A DNA stretch of 62,034 bases, filler included, from Candidatus Desantisbacteria bacterium CG1_02_49_89 (GTDB lineage Bacteria > Desantisbacteria > UBA1551): assembly GCA_001871075.1 (NCBI GenBank). It is 5 parts of 5 records of this genome, joined end to end, with 100 filler letters (N's around TTAATTAATTAA, not from the genome) between each part and the next. Parts side by side here need not be neighbours in the genome. Positions count along the whole stretch, not along the records: positions 1 to 15,258 come from MNUP01000087.1; positions 15,359 to 29,954 come from MNUP01000088.1; 3 more parts are not named here. One strand, 5' to 3'. The position numbers and the translations under genes are program-made. The first letter of the stretch is position 1; each line of letters starts with the position of its first letter. This document shows positions 7,868-16,437 of the stretch, one piece after another. A model generated the notes under the pieces. That model was not told where the DNA came from, did no database searches, and worked only from the letters and a program-made list of their open reading frames with translations.

Positions 7868-9412
7868 ATGAAAAAAATAATATTGATATCCGTGGTTTTT
7901 TGTTTTTCCGTGGTTGCTTTCCGGGCGAGCGCGCAGGTGAGGAAGCCGGCGGTGGCGGGGCAGTTCTACCCGGCTGACAAAGCCCAACTGCAGGAGATGA
8001 TAAACTTCTTCCTTGAGAGCGCTGAGCCTTCCGGCCTGCCCGCGAACGCGAACAGCCGCCTCATAGGCGTTATAGTCCCTCACGCCGGCTACTTGTATTC
8101 AGGGCAGGTGGCGGCGTATGCTTACAAATTATTGGGGACAGTCACCTTTATCAGTGTCCCCATAACGGTCATTATCGCGGGGCCAAGCCACAGGTTCGCT
8201 CTTGATAAAATAGCCATTTATCCCTCGGGAACGTGGGAAACACCCCTGGGCAAAGTAAAGGTTGACACTGTTGCTGCCGGGATGCTGATGAACAGGAGCG
8301 CGATGATGCAGGAACTTGAACAGGCACACGCCACGGAGCACTCGCTTGAGGTTCAGGTCCCGTTCCTGCAGACGGTCCTGAAGGATTTTATGATAGTGCC
8401 CCTGGTCCTGGGTTACCCCCCGAACATCACCGCTGACGCGCTCACGAACGCCATAATAGATTCAGGGCTGTACAAGCGCCTGGGCAAAGACCTTATTCTG
8501 ATAGCTTCATCCGATATGTCGCACTACCATCCCTACGCTTCCGCCTGTATGATGGATGGAGCCTGCCTCACGGACATAGGATCGCTTGATATAAATACAT
8601 ATAAGGATAACGCGAGCAGGGGATCCACCGAAATGTGCGGGTCAGGGCCCGTTCTTGCGCTCCTTCAGATCGCGAAGAAACTCGGTGCGAAAGCAAAAGT
8701 GCTTAAATACGCGAACTCAGGAGATGTGCCCGCAGGGGACAAAGCAAGCGTTGTGGGCTACTGCGCCGTCGTTTTTTACACCGATACAAACGTAGTGGCA
8801 GAGCTTGCTCTGCCTAAAAATAGTAGCGGTGCGACGTTTCGTCGCACAGTTGAGGAAAAAGGGGGTGTTAAAATGCTTACCGATGCCCAGAAGAAAAGAT
8901 TGCTTCAGATAGCAAGGCAGACCCTTGAACAGTATATAAGGAGCAAGAAGGTCCCTGAGATTACTGAAACTGACCCGGTACTGACGGAAAAGAGGGGAGG
9001 TTTTGTAACCCTGACAAAGAACGGCCAGTTGAGAGGGTGTATTGGGTATATCCAGCCGGTTCTCCCGCTTTACCAAACAGTATCAAAAATGGCGATAGAA
9101 GCTTCCACGGCAGACCCCAGGTTTCCTGAAGTCCAGGCAAATGAACTTAAAGATATTCATATTGAAATATCAGCACTTACACCTATAGAGTTATTAAAAG
9201 ATGTTAATAAGATAGAAGTAGGGAAACACGGGCTTATTATCAAGAAGGGATTTAACCAGGGATTACTGCTTCCCCAGGTGGCAACTGACTATGGCTGGGA
9301 TAAATGGCAGTTCCTTGACCAGACCTGCGTAAAAGCAGGCCTTCCTCCCGGGTCCTGGAAGGATAAGGACGCCCAGATCTTTGTTTTCTCGGCAGAGGTG
9401 TTCGGAGAATAG
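7868..9412 (+). CDS. AmmeMemoRadiSam protein B (MEMO) - protein A (AMMECR1) fusion with N-terminal signal-like peptide
   Basis: RKPAVAGQFYP, PHAGY.YSG, EHSLEVQ, SSDMSHY; then GGFVTL..LRGCIG, DPRF, GLLLPQV. Confidence 0.9.
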   Translation: MKKIILISVVFCFSVVAFRASAQVRKPAVAGQFYPADKAQLQEMINFFLESAEPSGLPANANSRLIGVIVPHAGYLYSGQVAAYAYKLLGTVTFISVPITVIIAGPSHRFALDKIAIYPSGTWETPLGKVKVDTVAAGMLMNRSAMMQELEQAHATEHSLEVQVPFLQTVLKDFMIVPLVLGYPPNITADALTNAIIDSGLYKRLGKDLILIASSDMSHYHPYASACMMDGACLTDIGSLDINTYKDNASRGSTEMCGSGPVLALLQIAKKLGAKAKVLKYANSGDVPAGDKASVVGYCAVVFYTDTNVVAELALPKNSSGATFRRTVEEKGGVKMLTDAQKKRLLQIARQTLEQYIRSKKVPEITETDPVLTEKRGGFVTLTKNGQLRGCIGYIQPVLPLYQTVSKMAIEASTADPRFPEVQANELKDIHIEISALTPIELLKDVNKIEVGKHGLIIKKGFNQGLLLPQVATDYGWDKWQFLDQTCVKAGLPPGSWKDKDAQIFVFSAEVFGE

Positions 9413-9565
9413 CAAAAACTGTTAGGTGAAGATGTTAGGAGAAAATGTTAGGTAAAAATGTTATTTAACGCTGTTATTTTATTAACAACCCTAACATCTT
9501 TGCCTAACATTAGTTCATAACATCATTAAAATAACAGTTATTTCACAATTTATTTCACAATTTAC

Positions 9566-9594
9566 TTGACATTTAAGCCAATATATGCTATATT
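9566..9594 (+). promoter_or_regulatory. Sigma70 promoter
   Basis: TTGACA-17bp-TATATT with extended -10 TG, upstream of the riboswitch. Confidence 0.7.
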
Positions 9595-9671
9595 ATATAT
9601 AATCAAAGGTATAGCTACATTAAAGACATTTAAGACATTAGAAGATCATTTTTGACAATTGTTTGAATCGA

Positions 9672-9764
9672 GTCCTTCAAAGGCAAATCCCGGGAAACCG
9701 GGAATTGCGCAAAACTATAGGTTCTAAAACCGATAAGGTTATGAACGCCAGGTTACCAGGGGAC
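9672..9764 (+). ncRNA. c-di-GMP-I (GEMM) riboswitch
   Basis: P1 gtcctt/ggggac; GGCAAA, P2 tcccgg-GAAA-ccggga, CGCAAAAC, CTAA, GCCAGGTTACC follow the GEMM-I consensus. Confidence 0.8.
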
Positions 9765-9788
9765 ATTTATCTGCATCTGGACCGTTAG

Positions 9789-9842
9789 AACCCATTTGTC
9801 TCAATGGCTGCGTTCATGCCTTTGAGGTGAATGGTTTTTTTT
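9789..9842 (+). terminator. Intrinsic terminator (riboswitch expression platform)
   Basis: ccattt..ctcaa.ggc...gcc.ttgag..gaatgg hairpin followed by a T run. Confidence 0.65.
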
Positions 9843-9929
9843 ATCTTCTCATTGGACAAAAAAATAGGTCAATACACAAGATAAACCACGGAGACACAGA
9901 GGCACAGAGAAATATAGGGGTTGTAGAAG

Positions 9930-10316
9930 ATGAAAAATACACCTTTAATTGAAGAGGAATTAACAAACAAGATCATAGCTGCTGCTATTGAAGTCCACAG
10001 TAACCTTGGTCCGGGATTACTGGAATCTGTATATGAAGAATGCCTTTGTAGAGAATTATCGTCGAGAAACATACCGTTTGAACGCCAGAAAGCAATTCCG
10101 ATCAACTATAAGGGTGAACAGATAGATTATAATTACAAAATAGATATGATAATCGATAACAAGGTTATAGTGGAACTTAAATGCGTAGAGCATATTTTGC
10201 CTGTTCACGAAGCGCAGGTATTAACCTATTTAAAATTAGCAAATATTAAAGTAGGTTTAATATTAAATTTCTATGCAGCTGTTTTACATAATGGTATCAA
10301 AAGGTTAGTTTTATAA
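9930..10316 (+). CDS. GxxExxY protein
   Basis: LGPGLLESVYEECL, IDMII..KVIVELK, HEAQVLTYLK. Confidence 0.93.
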   Translation: MKNTPLIEEELTNKIIAAAIEVHSNLGPGLLESVYEECLCRELSSRNIPFERQKAIPINYKGEQIDYNYKIDMIIDNKVIVELKCVEHILPVHEAQVLTYLKLANIKVGLILNFYAAVLHNGIKRLVL

Positions 10317-10317
10317 T

Positions 10318-10440
10318 GGTATTGAGACAAATAGATTACTCTGTGTCTCCGTGCCTCTGTGGTTTATCCTTTTTAGCTTTGTATCGGTATTGAGACAAAT
10401 AGATTACTCTGTGTCTCCGTGCCTCTGTGGTTTATCCTTT
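10318..10440 (+). repeat. 55-bp exact direct duplication containing the right repeat arm of the GxxExxY cassette
   Basis: 10318-10372 identical to 10386-10440. Confidence 0.9.
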
Positions 10441-10452
10441 ATGGGGGTCTAT

Positions 10453-10755
10453 ATGAACGGAAATGGGATATTGCAAAAATTATTCACGTCGCGGGCGAGA
10501 GTGAAGCTCCTGAGCACGCTGGTCCTGCACCCGGACAGGTCCTTCTTTATGCGCGAGATCGCCAGGGAGACCGGCGAAACCTTCTCAAACATACGCAAGG
10601 AGATAAAGAACTTGGAGGAACTGAAGATAATAACCGGGGAACAGAACCACAGGGCTAAGTACTATATAATAAATACAGAGCATTATTTGTACCCTGAGCT
10701 CAAAGGCCTGGTGGTCAAGACTGAAGAATCAGAAGCAGTAACAAGTAACAAGTAA
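10453..10755 (+). CDS. Winged-helix DNA-binding protein
   Basis: LFTSRARVKLL...FMREIARETG...IRKEIKNLE...LYPELKGLVVKT; ATG 10453 after GGGGG. Confidence 0.75.
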   Translation: MNGNGILQKLFTSRARVKLLSTLVLHPDRSFFMREIARETGETFSNIRKEIKNLEELKIITGEQNHRAKYYIINTEHYLYPELKGLVVKTEESEAVTSNK

Positions 10756-10986
10756 CAAGCTAAAGGATCCATAAAATTTCCACGAAATCACTCCGCCCGT
10801 CTTTCAGCGGGCGAGACTTCGCCCACCTTAAAGGATGGGCGAGGAAACCACGAAAGCACGAAAATAGATTTATTTTGTTCATGACTAATGACAGGAGACG
10901 AATGACGGTAGTTTAAATCCCGCTCGAAGATCCCTGTTAAAGGCTTTTTACAGGGATCTTGCGAAAGGGACTTAAAAAGCACTGAT

Positions 10987-11430
10987 ATGAAGATAATGGG
11001 ATTGCAAAAAGTAAAATTGGGAAAGACAGCGAAGAAGTTCAGGCTGAAACTAATAATGGCTTTCGGGTCCCAGGTAAACGGAAAAACCCATCCCAAAAGC
11101 GACCTGGATATAGCCGTGTTATTCCCGAGCGGGGATTTTACATTTAAAAAATACGGCGAATTGCATAGCTCTCTCCTGGACGTTTTCCCCGGCTATGAAG
11201 TGGATATGGTCATATTAAACCGGGCTGACCCGCTGCTTCTTAAGAAAATAAACGAAAACCCGCTGCTGCTGTTTGGCAAAAAAAGGGATTTTGACGAATT
11301 CAGGATATACGCGTTTAACCGGTATGAAGATTATAGGCCGTATCTGGCTATGGAAGAAAAAATCGTGGATAACCTGGTAACGGAGATGCGAAATGAATAT
11401 AGACAAGGTTCTGGTAAAAAGAAAGTTTAG
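10987..11430 (+). CDS. Minimal nucleotidyltransferase (MntA-like antitoxin)
   Basis: FGSQVNG..HPKSDLDIAV, VDMVILN. Confidence 0.88.
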   Translation: MKIMGLQKVKLGKTAKKFRLKLIMAFGSQVNGKTHPKSDLDIAVLFPSGDFTFKKYGELHSSLLDVFPGYEVDMVILNRADPLLLKKINENPLLLFGKKRDFDEFRIYAFNRYEDYRPYLAMEEKIVDNLVTEMRNEYRQGSGKKKV

Positions 11431-11926
11431 CCTGATAATCAGCGATATGCTCAGGTTAAAACCCATGGCAAAACTTACGATCAAAGAATATAGGGCGGAA
11501 TTTGAGAATGAGATCCTTGCCGAAAGATACCTTGAAAGAATAATAGGCAGGACGATAGACGTAAATTACCATTCGATAGCAGGCCTTGGCAATCCGCCGC
11601 CTAAGGATTACTATGAATCCTTCGTTGAAATGGGCGAGCTTGGCATTATATCAATTGCGCTGGCTGAAAAAATGGCAAAGGCGTCAGGCCTGCGCAACCG
11701 CCTTGCTCATGAATACAACGGCATTGATGAAAAGAAGGTCTTTGAGTCAATAAAAATCTGCCTGGAAGGATTTGCCCGAATATATGCATCAGGTAAACAG
11801 TTATTTAAAGAATCTTCCGCATTAGTTCCTTGGTTAATGAGCAGGGAATCATCTCTTACAGTTTCAGTGCCTGAATTTACGTTGATAAATAAGGGTTTAA
11901 AAAAATGGGGGCTGTCCCTATTTTAG
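11393..11926 (+). CDS. HEPN (DUF86/HepT-like) toxin with a probable 1-bp frameshift near 11764; native stop likely 11825
   Basis: RNRLAHEY RX4H motif; the shifted frame reads LKDLPEYMHQVNSYLKNLPH*. Confidence 0.82.
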   Translation: MNIDKVLVKRKFSLIISDMLRLKPMAKLTIKEYRAEFENEILAERYLERIIGRTIDVNYHSIAGLGNPPPKDYYESFVEMGELGIISIALAEKMAKASGLRNRLAHEYNGIDEKKVFESIKICLEGFARIYASGKQLFKESSALVPWLMSRESSLTVSVPEFTLINKGLKKWGLSLF

Positions 11927-11944
11927 AAAACATTTGGAGGCAAT

Positions 11945-12271
11945 ATGAACAATAAAATAAGAAAGGTGATAGATGAAATTGTCAGGAAACTGAAAACTAA
12001 ATATAGGCCTGAAAGGGTAATACTTTTCGGTTCATTCGCAAACGGAAAACCGACAAAAGATTCGGATATTGATTTGTTGATAATAAAAGAAACAAGTAAG
12101 GAAAAAATTAATAGATTCGTAGAAGTAAAGAAAGCCATTTATAATCCTGAACGCGGCATTCCTGTTTCACCGATAGTCTTGACGGAAAAAGAACTAAACA
12201 ACAGAATTGAAATAGGAGATGACTTCATAAAAGAAATAATCAAAGAAGGAGTGATGATTTATGAAAAATGA
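11945..12271 (+). CDS. Minimal nucleotidyltransferase
   Basis: ILFGSFANG..DSDIDLLII. Confidence 0.9.
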   Translation: MNNKIRKVIDEIVRKLKTKYRPERVILFGSFANGKPTKDSDIDLLIIKETSKEKINRFVEVKKAIYNPERGIPVSPIVLTEKELNNRIEIGDDFIKEIIKEGVMIYEK

Positions 12272-12644
12272 AATTGTGGAAGAGTGGTTTGAAAGAGGAA
12301 AGCATGACCTGGATGCTGCCAGGATTGTTATGGAAGAAAAAGGCTATCCGGATGTTATAATGATGCTTCTGCATCAGGCACTTGAAAAATACATCAAGGG
12401 ACACCTTATCATGCAAGGTTGGAAATTAAAAAAGATCCATGATCTTGAAACGCTTTTTACAGAAGCTGGTAAGCATGATAAAATTTTTGCAAAACATCTG
12501 GATCTTGGGAGAATCCTTACTGCTTATTATTATGAAAACCGCTATCCTCCGGGGCCAATACCCGGAATTAATAAAAAGAAAATTAGGACTATATACAGCA
12601 CGACATTAAAAATAATAAAACTTTTTATAAAAAAACACAGTTAA
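12261..12644 (+). CDS. HEPN domain protein
   Basis: W...G.HDL..A, HQALEKYIKG, KIHDL, ENRYP; overlaps the MNT stop. Confidence 0.88.
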   Translation: MKNEIVEEWFERGKHDLDAARIVMEEKGYPDVIMMLLHQALEKYIKGHLIMQGWKLKKIHDLETLFTEAGKHDKIFAKHLDLGRILTAYYYENRYPPGPIPGINKKKIRTIYSTTLKIIKLFIKKHS

Positions 12645-12867
12645 GATTGTTACAGGGATCTTGCAAAAGAGATTTAAAAGGCTCAGCCGCGGATTCACAC
12701 GGATGAAGGATTAACCACGGAGACCCCCTGCAGCTGCTGCGCAGCTCAACGCAGGGGCCTGCGCGCCAGAACCAAGCGGATGGCGCTTCGGACGGAGGCA
12801 CGGAGTATTCCTTGCATATGTAACTCAGGACTTCAGTCCTGAGAAAGTGAAAGAAAAAATGAAACAA

Positions 12868-13095
12868 ATGAAATGCAGTATTGAAAAGTGCCGCGGGGAA
12901 TATAAAAAACAGGATACTATTCATACGGTGCGCTACAAGGGGAAGGTGATCGTCATTGATCATGTCCCCGCTGAAGTGTGTTCTGTCTGCGGTGACGTGC
13001 TTTTAAGCCCGAAAACAACCCGCAAGATCGAAGCTCTATTGCAAAAATCACCTTGCCCGGTGAATACAGCGCCGCTTTATGAATTTGTCGCATAA
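12868..13095 (+). CDS. YgiT-type zinc finger protein (MqsA-like), no toxin partner adjacent
   Basis: MKCSIEKC.G...IDHVPAEVCSVCGD. Confidence 0.85.
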   Translation: MKCSIEKCRGEYKKQDTIHTVRYKGKVIVIDHVPAEVCSVCGDVLLSPKTTRKIEALLQKSPCPVNTAPLYEFVA

Positions 13096-13272
13096 TTTTT
13101 GTAGTGATCTTACAAAAGAGATTCAAAAGGCACAAGAGTATAGCAGCTTAAATCCCGCAGGAATTGTTAATGAGCAAAAAATTGTATCCCATGGTTTCAG
13201 TGCCTGAATTTCCGTTGATAAATAAGGATTTAAAAAAATAGGGGCTGTCCCTATTTAAAAAAGGAAAGTGAA

Positions 13273-13761
13273 ATGTTGAAACCTCGACTGTCATCTCAAG
13301 GCGGGTCAAGCCCCTCCTGCGCTAAAGCTTCGGCGGGCAAGCCTGGCCCCAAGAGTGTTAAGAGATATAAAAAAGGCAATTTTAAGCCTGACAAGGTATT
13401 TGAAAATTATGTCATGGGCTGGAAGGAAACTGTTCTGTTGAGGAAGAAAAATCTTAACAACCTCTACAGAGAAATGTTAGCCGGGCTGAAAGAAAGCATA
13501 AAGATCTTCAGGGCTTATCCTCTGGTGCGCCGGGTAGTCCTTTTCGGTTCTCTTCTTGACCCGGATTTTTTTGACGGACGTTCAGACATAGACCTGGCAT
13601 ACCTGGGCGAAATCACCGGAAAAGAGTATTTCTTCATATTGAACACGCTCGAAAACCTGTTTTCAAGAGAAGTCAATCTGGTTGATCTGAAAACCTGTGA
13701 CAAAAAATTAAAAGAAAACGTGGAAAAGACAGGGAAAATTATTTACCGCAAAGGAGACTGA
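13273..13761 (+). CDS. Nucleotidyltransferase domain protein; start uncertain, N-terminus contains a hairpin insert
   Basis: VVLFGSLL...RSDIDLA...VNLVDL. Confidence 0.82.
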   Translation: MLKPRLSSQGGSSPSCAKASAGKPGPKSVKRYKKGNFKPDKVFENYVMGWKETVLLRKKNLNNLYREMLAGLKESIKIFRAYPLVRRVVLFGSLLDPDFFDGRSDIDLAYLGEITGKEYFFILNTLENLFSREVNLVDLKTCDKKLKENVEKTGKIIYRKGD

Positions 13762-13762
13762 A

Positions 13763-14257
13763 ATGTCCGTTGAATCGCAAAAATTACTCAGGGTAAAAAG
13801 CGTCATTACGAATGAGATCAAGAGCATTATGGCGATCGAAACGGACCTGAAAAAATGGAAGTCGCTGCATGGCAGATCGCCGGGGCCATTCGAAATAAGA
13901 GCAGCCGGCTCGCTGCTGCAGGATTTCTATAACTGCATAGAAAGAATTTTTGAAATGATAGGCAGAGACTTGAATGGCGGCATACCGGCAAGCGATGACT
14001 GGCATAAGGAAATTCTAAACAATATGGCTATGGGCATAGAAAAGGTAAGGCCTGCCGTTATATCTGAGAATTTAAAGAAGGACCTGAATAACTATCTTAA
14101 ATTCAGGCATTTGTTCAGAAACATTTACGGAGCCAAATTAGAATGGAGCAAGATGGAATTTTTGGTTAGCGGACTGCCGGAAGCTTTCAAAAAGTTTGAA
14201 AAGGAAATAAAGGTATTCTGCAGATTTCTTGACAAGGCATCGGAAGAAATAAAATAA
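13763..14257 (+). CDS. HepT-like HEPN ribonuclease toxin
   Basis: LQDFYNCIERIFEMI, WHKEIL..M, RPAVIS, FRHLFRNIY. Confidence 0.85.
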   Translation: MSVESQKLLRVKSVITNEIKSIMAIETDLKKWKSLHGRSPGPFEIRAAGSLLQDFYNCIERIFEMIGRDLNGGIPASDDWHKEILNNMAMGIEKVRPAVISENLKKDLNNYLKFRHLFRNIYGAKLEWSKMEFLVSGLPEAFKKFEKEIKVFCRFLDKASEEIK

Positions 14258-14568
14258 ACAGGAAGTATTTGAACACGGAAACACAGAGTATTTCTTAAAT
14301 ATGTAACTCAGGGCTTCAGCCCTGAAAAAGCAGTTTAAATCTCAAGGAACACCGCTTTTTTCCTTTTAAATATATAAAGAATAAAAATAGTGCTGTGCCC
14401 GCCAGTCAGTGTGGCGCGGCCTGTCCCTATTTAAAGAGATTTAAAAGGCTTTTAGTTAACAAGAAGAATGAAAGTAGTTTGAATCTCGTGAATCCCTGTT
14501 AAAGGCTTTTCACAGGGATTTAAAGAGATTTAAAAAGCTAAGAATATATCCTGAATCCATGTAAAAAA

Positions 14569-15108
14569 ATGTTATTCAAAAAAATTATGAAAAAAGAAAG
14601 CGTTAACCGCATATTGGGCAAGCTTGCGATTTTAATAATTACAGCTTTGATGGCATTCAATGCTGAAGCAATGGAAGGTGATACAATATGGATAAGACCT
14701 TTTGATATTGGAGGCAACGAATATGCTTTTGGAGCAGCTGTTGATAAAAACAAAAATGTAATAGTAACAGGGGGCAATGATGGTGGTGCCTGCATCACCG
14801 TTAAATATGATTCAAACGGAAATACTCAATGGGCACAGCTGTTCCAAGGCCGCGGAACAGGAATTGCTGTTGATCCAAATAATAATAATATCATAGTTGT
14901 TGGATACAATACTGAGAGCGGGAGTGAAGACTGGCTTGTAGTGAAATATAATCCGGACGGAGATAGTGAATGGGTAAGGATATTTGATTACGCAGGAGGC
15001 AGTGATCAGGCAACAAGCGTGCGCGTTGATTCGCTTGGCAACATATATGTTGCAGGATATATTGATAATATATCAAATGTCGATTATTTTCTAGTGTGGT
15101 GTCTCTAA
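14569..15108 (+). CDS. Secreted beta-propeller repeat (SBBP-like) protein, truncated by MITE and contig end
   Basis: Signal peptide; repeats AVD.NKNVIVTG / VKYDSNGNTQW / VDSLGNIYVAG; last residues VWCL* come from the MITE. Confidence 0.75.
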   Translation: MLFKKIMKKESVNRILGKLAILIITALMAFNAEAMEGDTIWIRPFDIGGNEYAFGAAVDKNKNVIVTGGNDGGACITVKYDSNGNTQWAQLFQGRGTGIAVDPNNNNIIVVGYNTESGSEDWLVVKYNPDGDSEWVRIFDYAGGSDQATSVRVDSLGNIYVAGYIDNISNVDYFLVWCL

Positions 15109-15258
15109 CAGATCTTTACATTTGGGCTGTCATTGCGAGGAGTGTTAACGACGAAGCAATCTCGACCTAAAAATCGAGATTGCCACGCTCCCTTTGGTCG
15201 CTCGCAATGACAACTCAAAGCAGAATCAAATGTCAAGGGATTTATGTGACACCACACT
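15091..15258 (-). mobile_element. 170-bp MITE, copy A (cut at contig end)
   Basis: Reverse complement of 61812-61981; terminal inverted repeat CTAGTGTGGTGTC. Confidence 0.85.
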
Positions 15259-15358
15259 NNNNNNNNNNNNNNNNNNNNNNNNNNNNNNNNNNNNNNNNNN
15301 NNTTAATTAATTAANNNNNNNNNNNNNNNNNNNNNNNNNNNNNNNNNNNNNNNNNNNN
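15259..15358. other. Artificial contig linker (also 29955-30054, 41054-41153, 51573-51672)
   Basis: N runs around TTAATTAATTAA, which gives stops in all six frames. Confidence 0.97.
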
Positions 15359-15360
15359 GA

Positions 15361-16356
15361 GTGCGGAAAATGTTCACGGGTTCTATCGGCAAGGTGGGCA
15401 CGACGTATATCGTCAATCTCAGGATCATTAACGTGGAGAGCGGCAAGATAGAGAAAGCGGAAACCGAGGAATGCGCGAAATGCGAGCAGGAAGTGCTGCT
15501 TGTTTCAATAAGGAATATCGCATACAAGATCGTAGGAATAGGGATAAGAGAAACAGTCCAGCCGGTTTCTGCTCAGGGTGGCGGAGTTAAAGAAACTACC
15601 TGGGAGAAAGATGGTTCCCAAATGGTTCTTATCTCAGCAGGCGAATTCCTGATGGGTTCTCCGGAAGGCAAGGGGGCGGCTGATGAGCGTCCCCAGCACA
15701 AGGTTTTTCTGGATGACTATTATATCGATAAATATGAAGTGACGAACCAGCAGTTCGCTAAATTCTTGAACGCATGGAACAAGGATACCGACGAAAACGG
15801 GCAGAAGATGATATATGAGGATGACTGGGGCATTAAAAAGGCAGGCGCAGGTTTTCAACCTGCAAACGGTTATGATAAATATCCTATTTTCAATGTTACC
15901 TGGTATGGCGCAAACCAGTATGCCAAATGGGCGGGAAAACGCCTTCCCACAGAAGCAGAATGGGAAAAAGCCTGCAGGGCAGGCTCAACCATCACATATT
16001 ACTATGGTGATGAAAAAAATGGACTGAAGGAATATGCCTGGTATATCGGCAATTCAGACCATAAAACCCATCCGGTAGGGCAGAAAAAGCCAAACAGCTG
16101 GGGAATATACGATATGCAGGGCAATGTCTGGGAGTGGTGTTCTGACCGGTATGATGCAAACTATTACAAAGGTTCCCCGTATAAAAACCCGCAGGGCCCG
16201 TCTACCGGGAGCTTTTGCGTTCTCCGCGGCGGCTCGTGGTGCTGCGGTGTCGCGGTCCCGCGTTCTGCTTTTCGGTCCAAGTGCGAGCCGGATTTCAAGT
16301 TCAACATACTCGTCCGCGATTTCTACGGTTTTCGGTGCGCCGCTTCAGCGCATTAG
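15361..16356 (+). CDS. FGE-sulfatase (SUMF1, C-type lectin fold) protein, 5' truncated; candidate DGR target
   Basis: FLMGS, DERPQH.V, YEVTN, RLPTEAEWEKA, PNSWGIYDMQGNVWEW, RGGSW...GFRC. Confidence 0.9.
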   Translation: MRKMFTGSIGKVGTTYIVNLRIINVESGKIEKAETEECAKCEQEVLLVSIRNIAYKIVGIGIRETVQPVSAQGGGVKETTWEKDGSQMVLISAGEFLMGSPEGKGAADERPQHKVFLDDYYIDKYEVTNQQFAKFLNAWNKDTDENGQKMIYEDDWGIKKAGAGFQPANGYDKYPIFNVTWYGANQYAKWAGKRLPTEAEWEKACRAGSTITYYYGDEKNGLKEYAWYIGNSDHKTHPVGQKKPNSWGIYDMQGNVWEWCSDRYDANYYKGSPYKNPQGPSTGSFCVLRGGSWCCGVAVPRSAFRSKCEPDFKFNILVRDFYGFRCAASAH

Positions 16357-16437
16357 TGAACGTTATATCTAAATAGGGTATGACCAGATTATAAGATAAG
16401 TAAAAACTGCTTTGCGATTGGCGAGGGGGTATGCATC

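Noticed and set aside
10908-14538. Canonical integron
   Set aside because: No tyrosine integrase and no clear RYYYAAC...GTTRRRY attC boxes by eye; kept only as an integron-like finding
15259-15358. TTAATTAATTAA motif and ORFs crossing the N runs
   Set aside because: Artificial contig linker repeated four times; gene neighbourhoods across linkers are not real
16345-16374. dif/Xer-like site (gcgcattag tgaacg ttatatctaaa)
   Set aside because: Only the right arm resembles a Xer box; left arm and spacer length do not fit, and no recombinase is nearby
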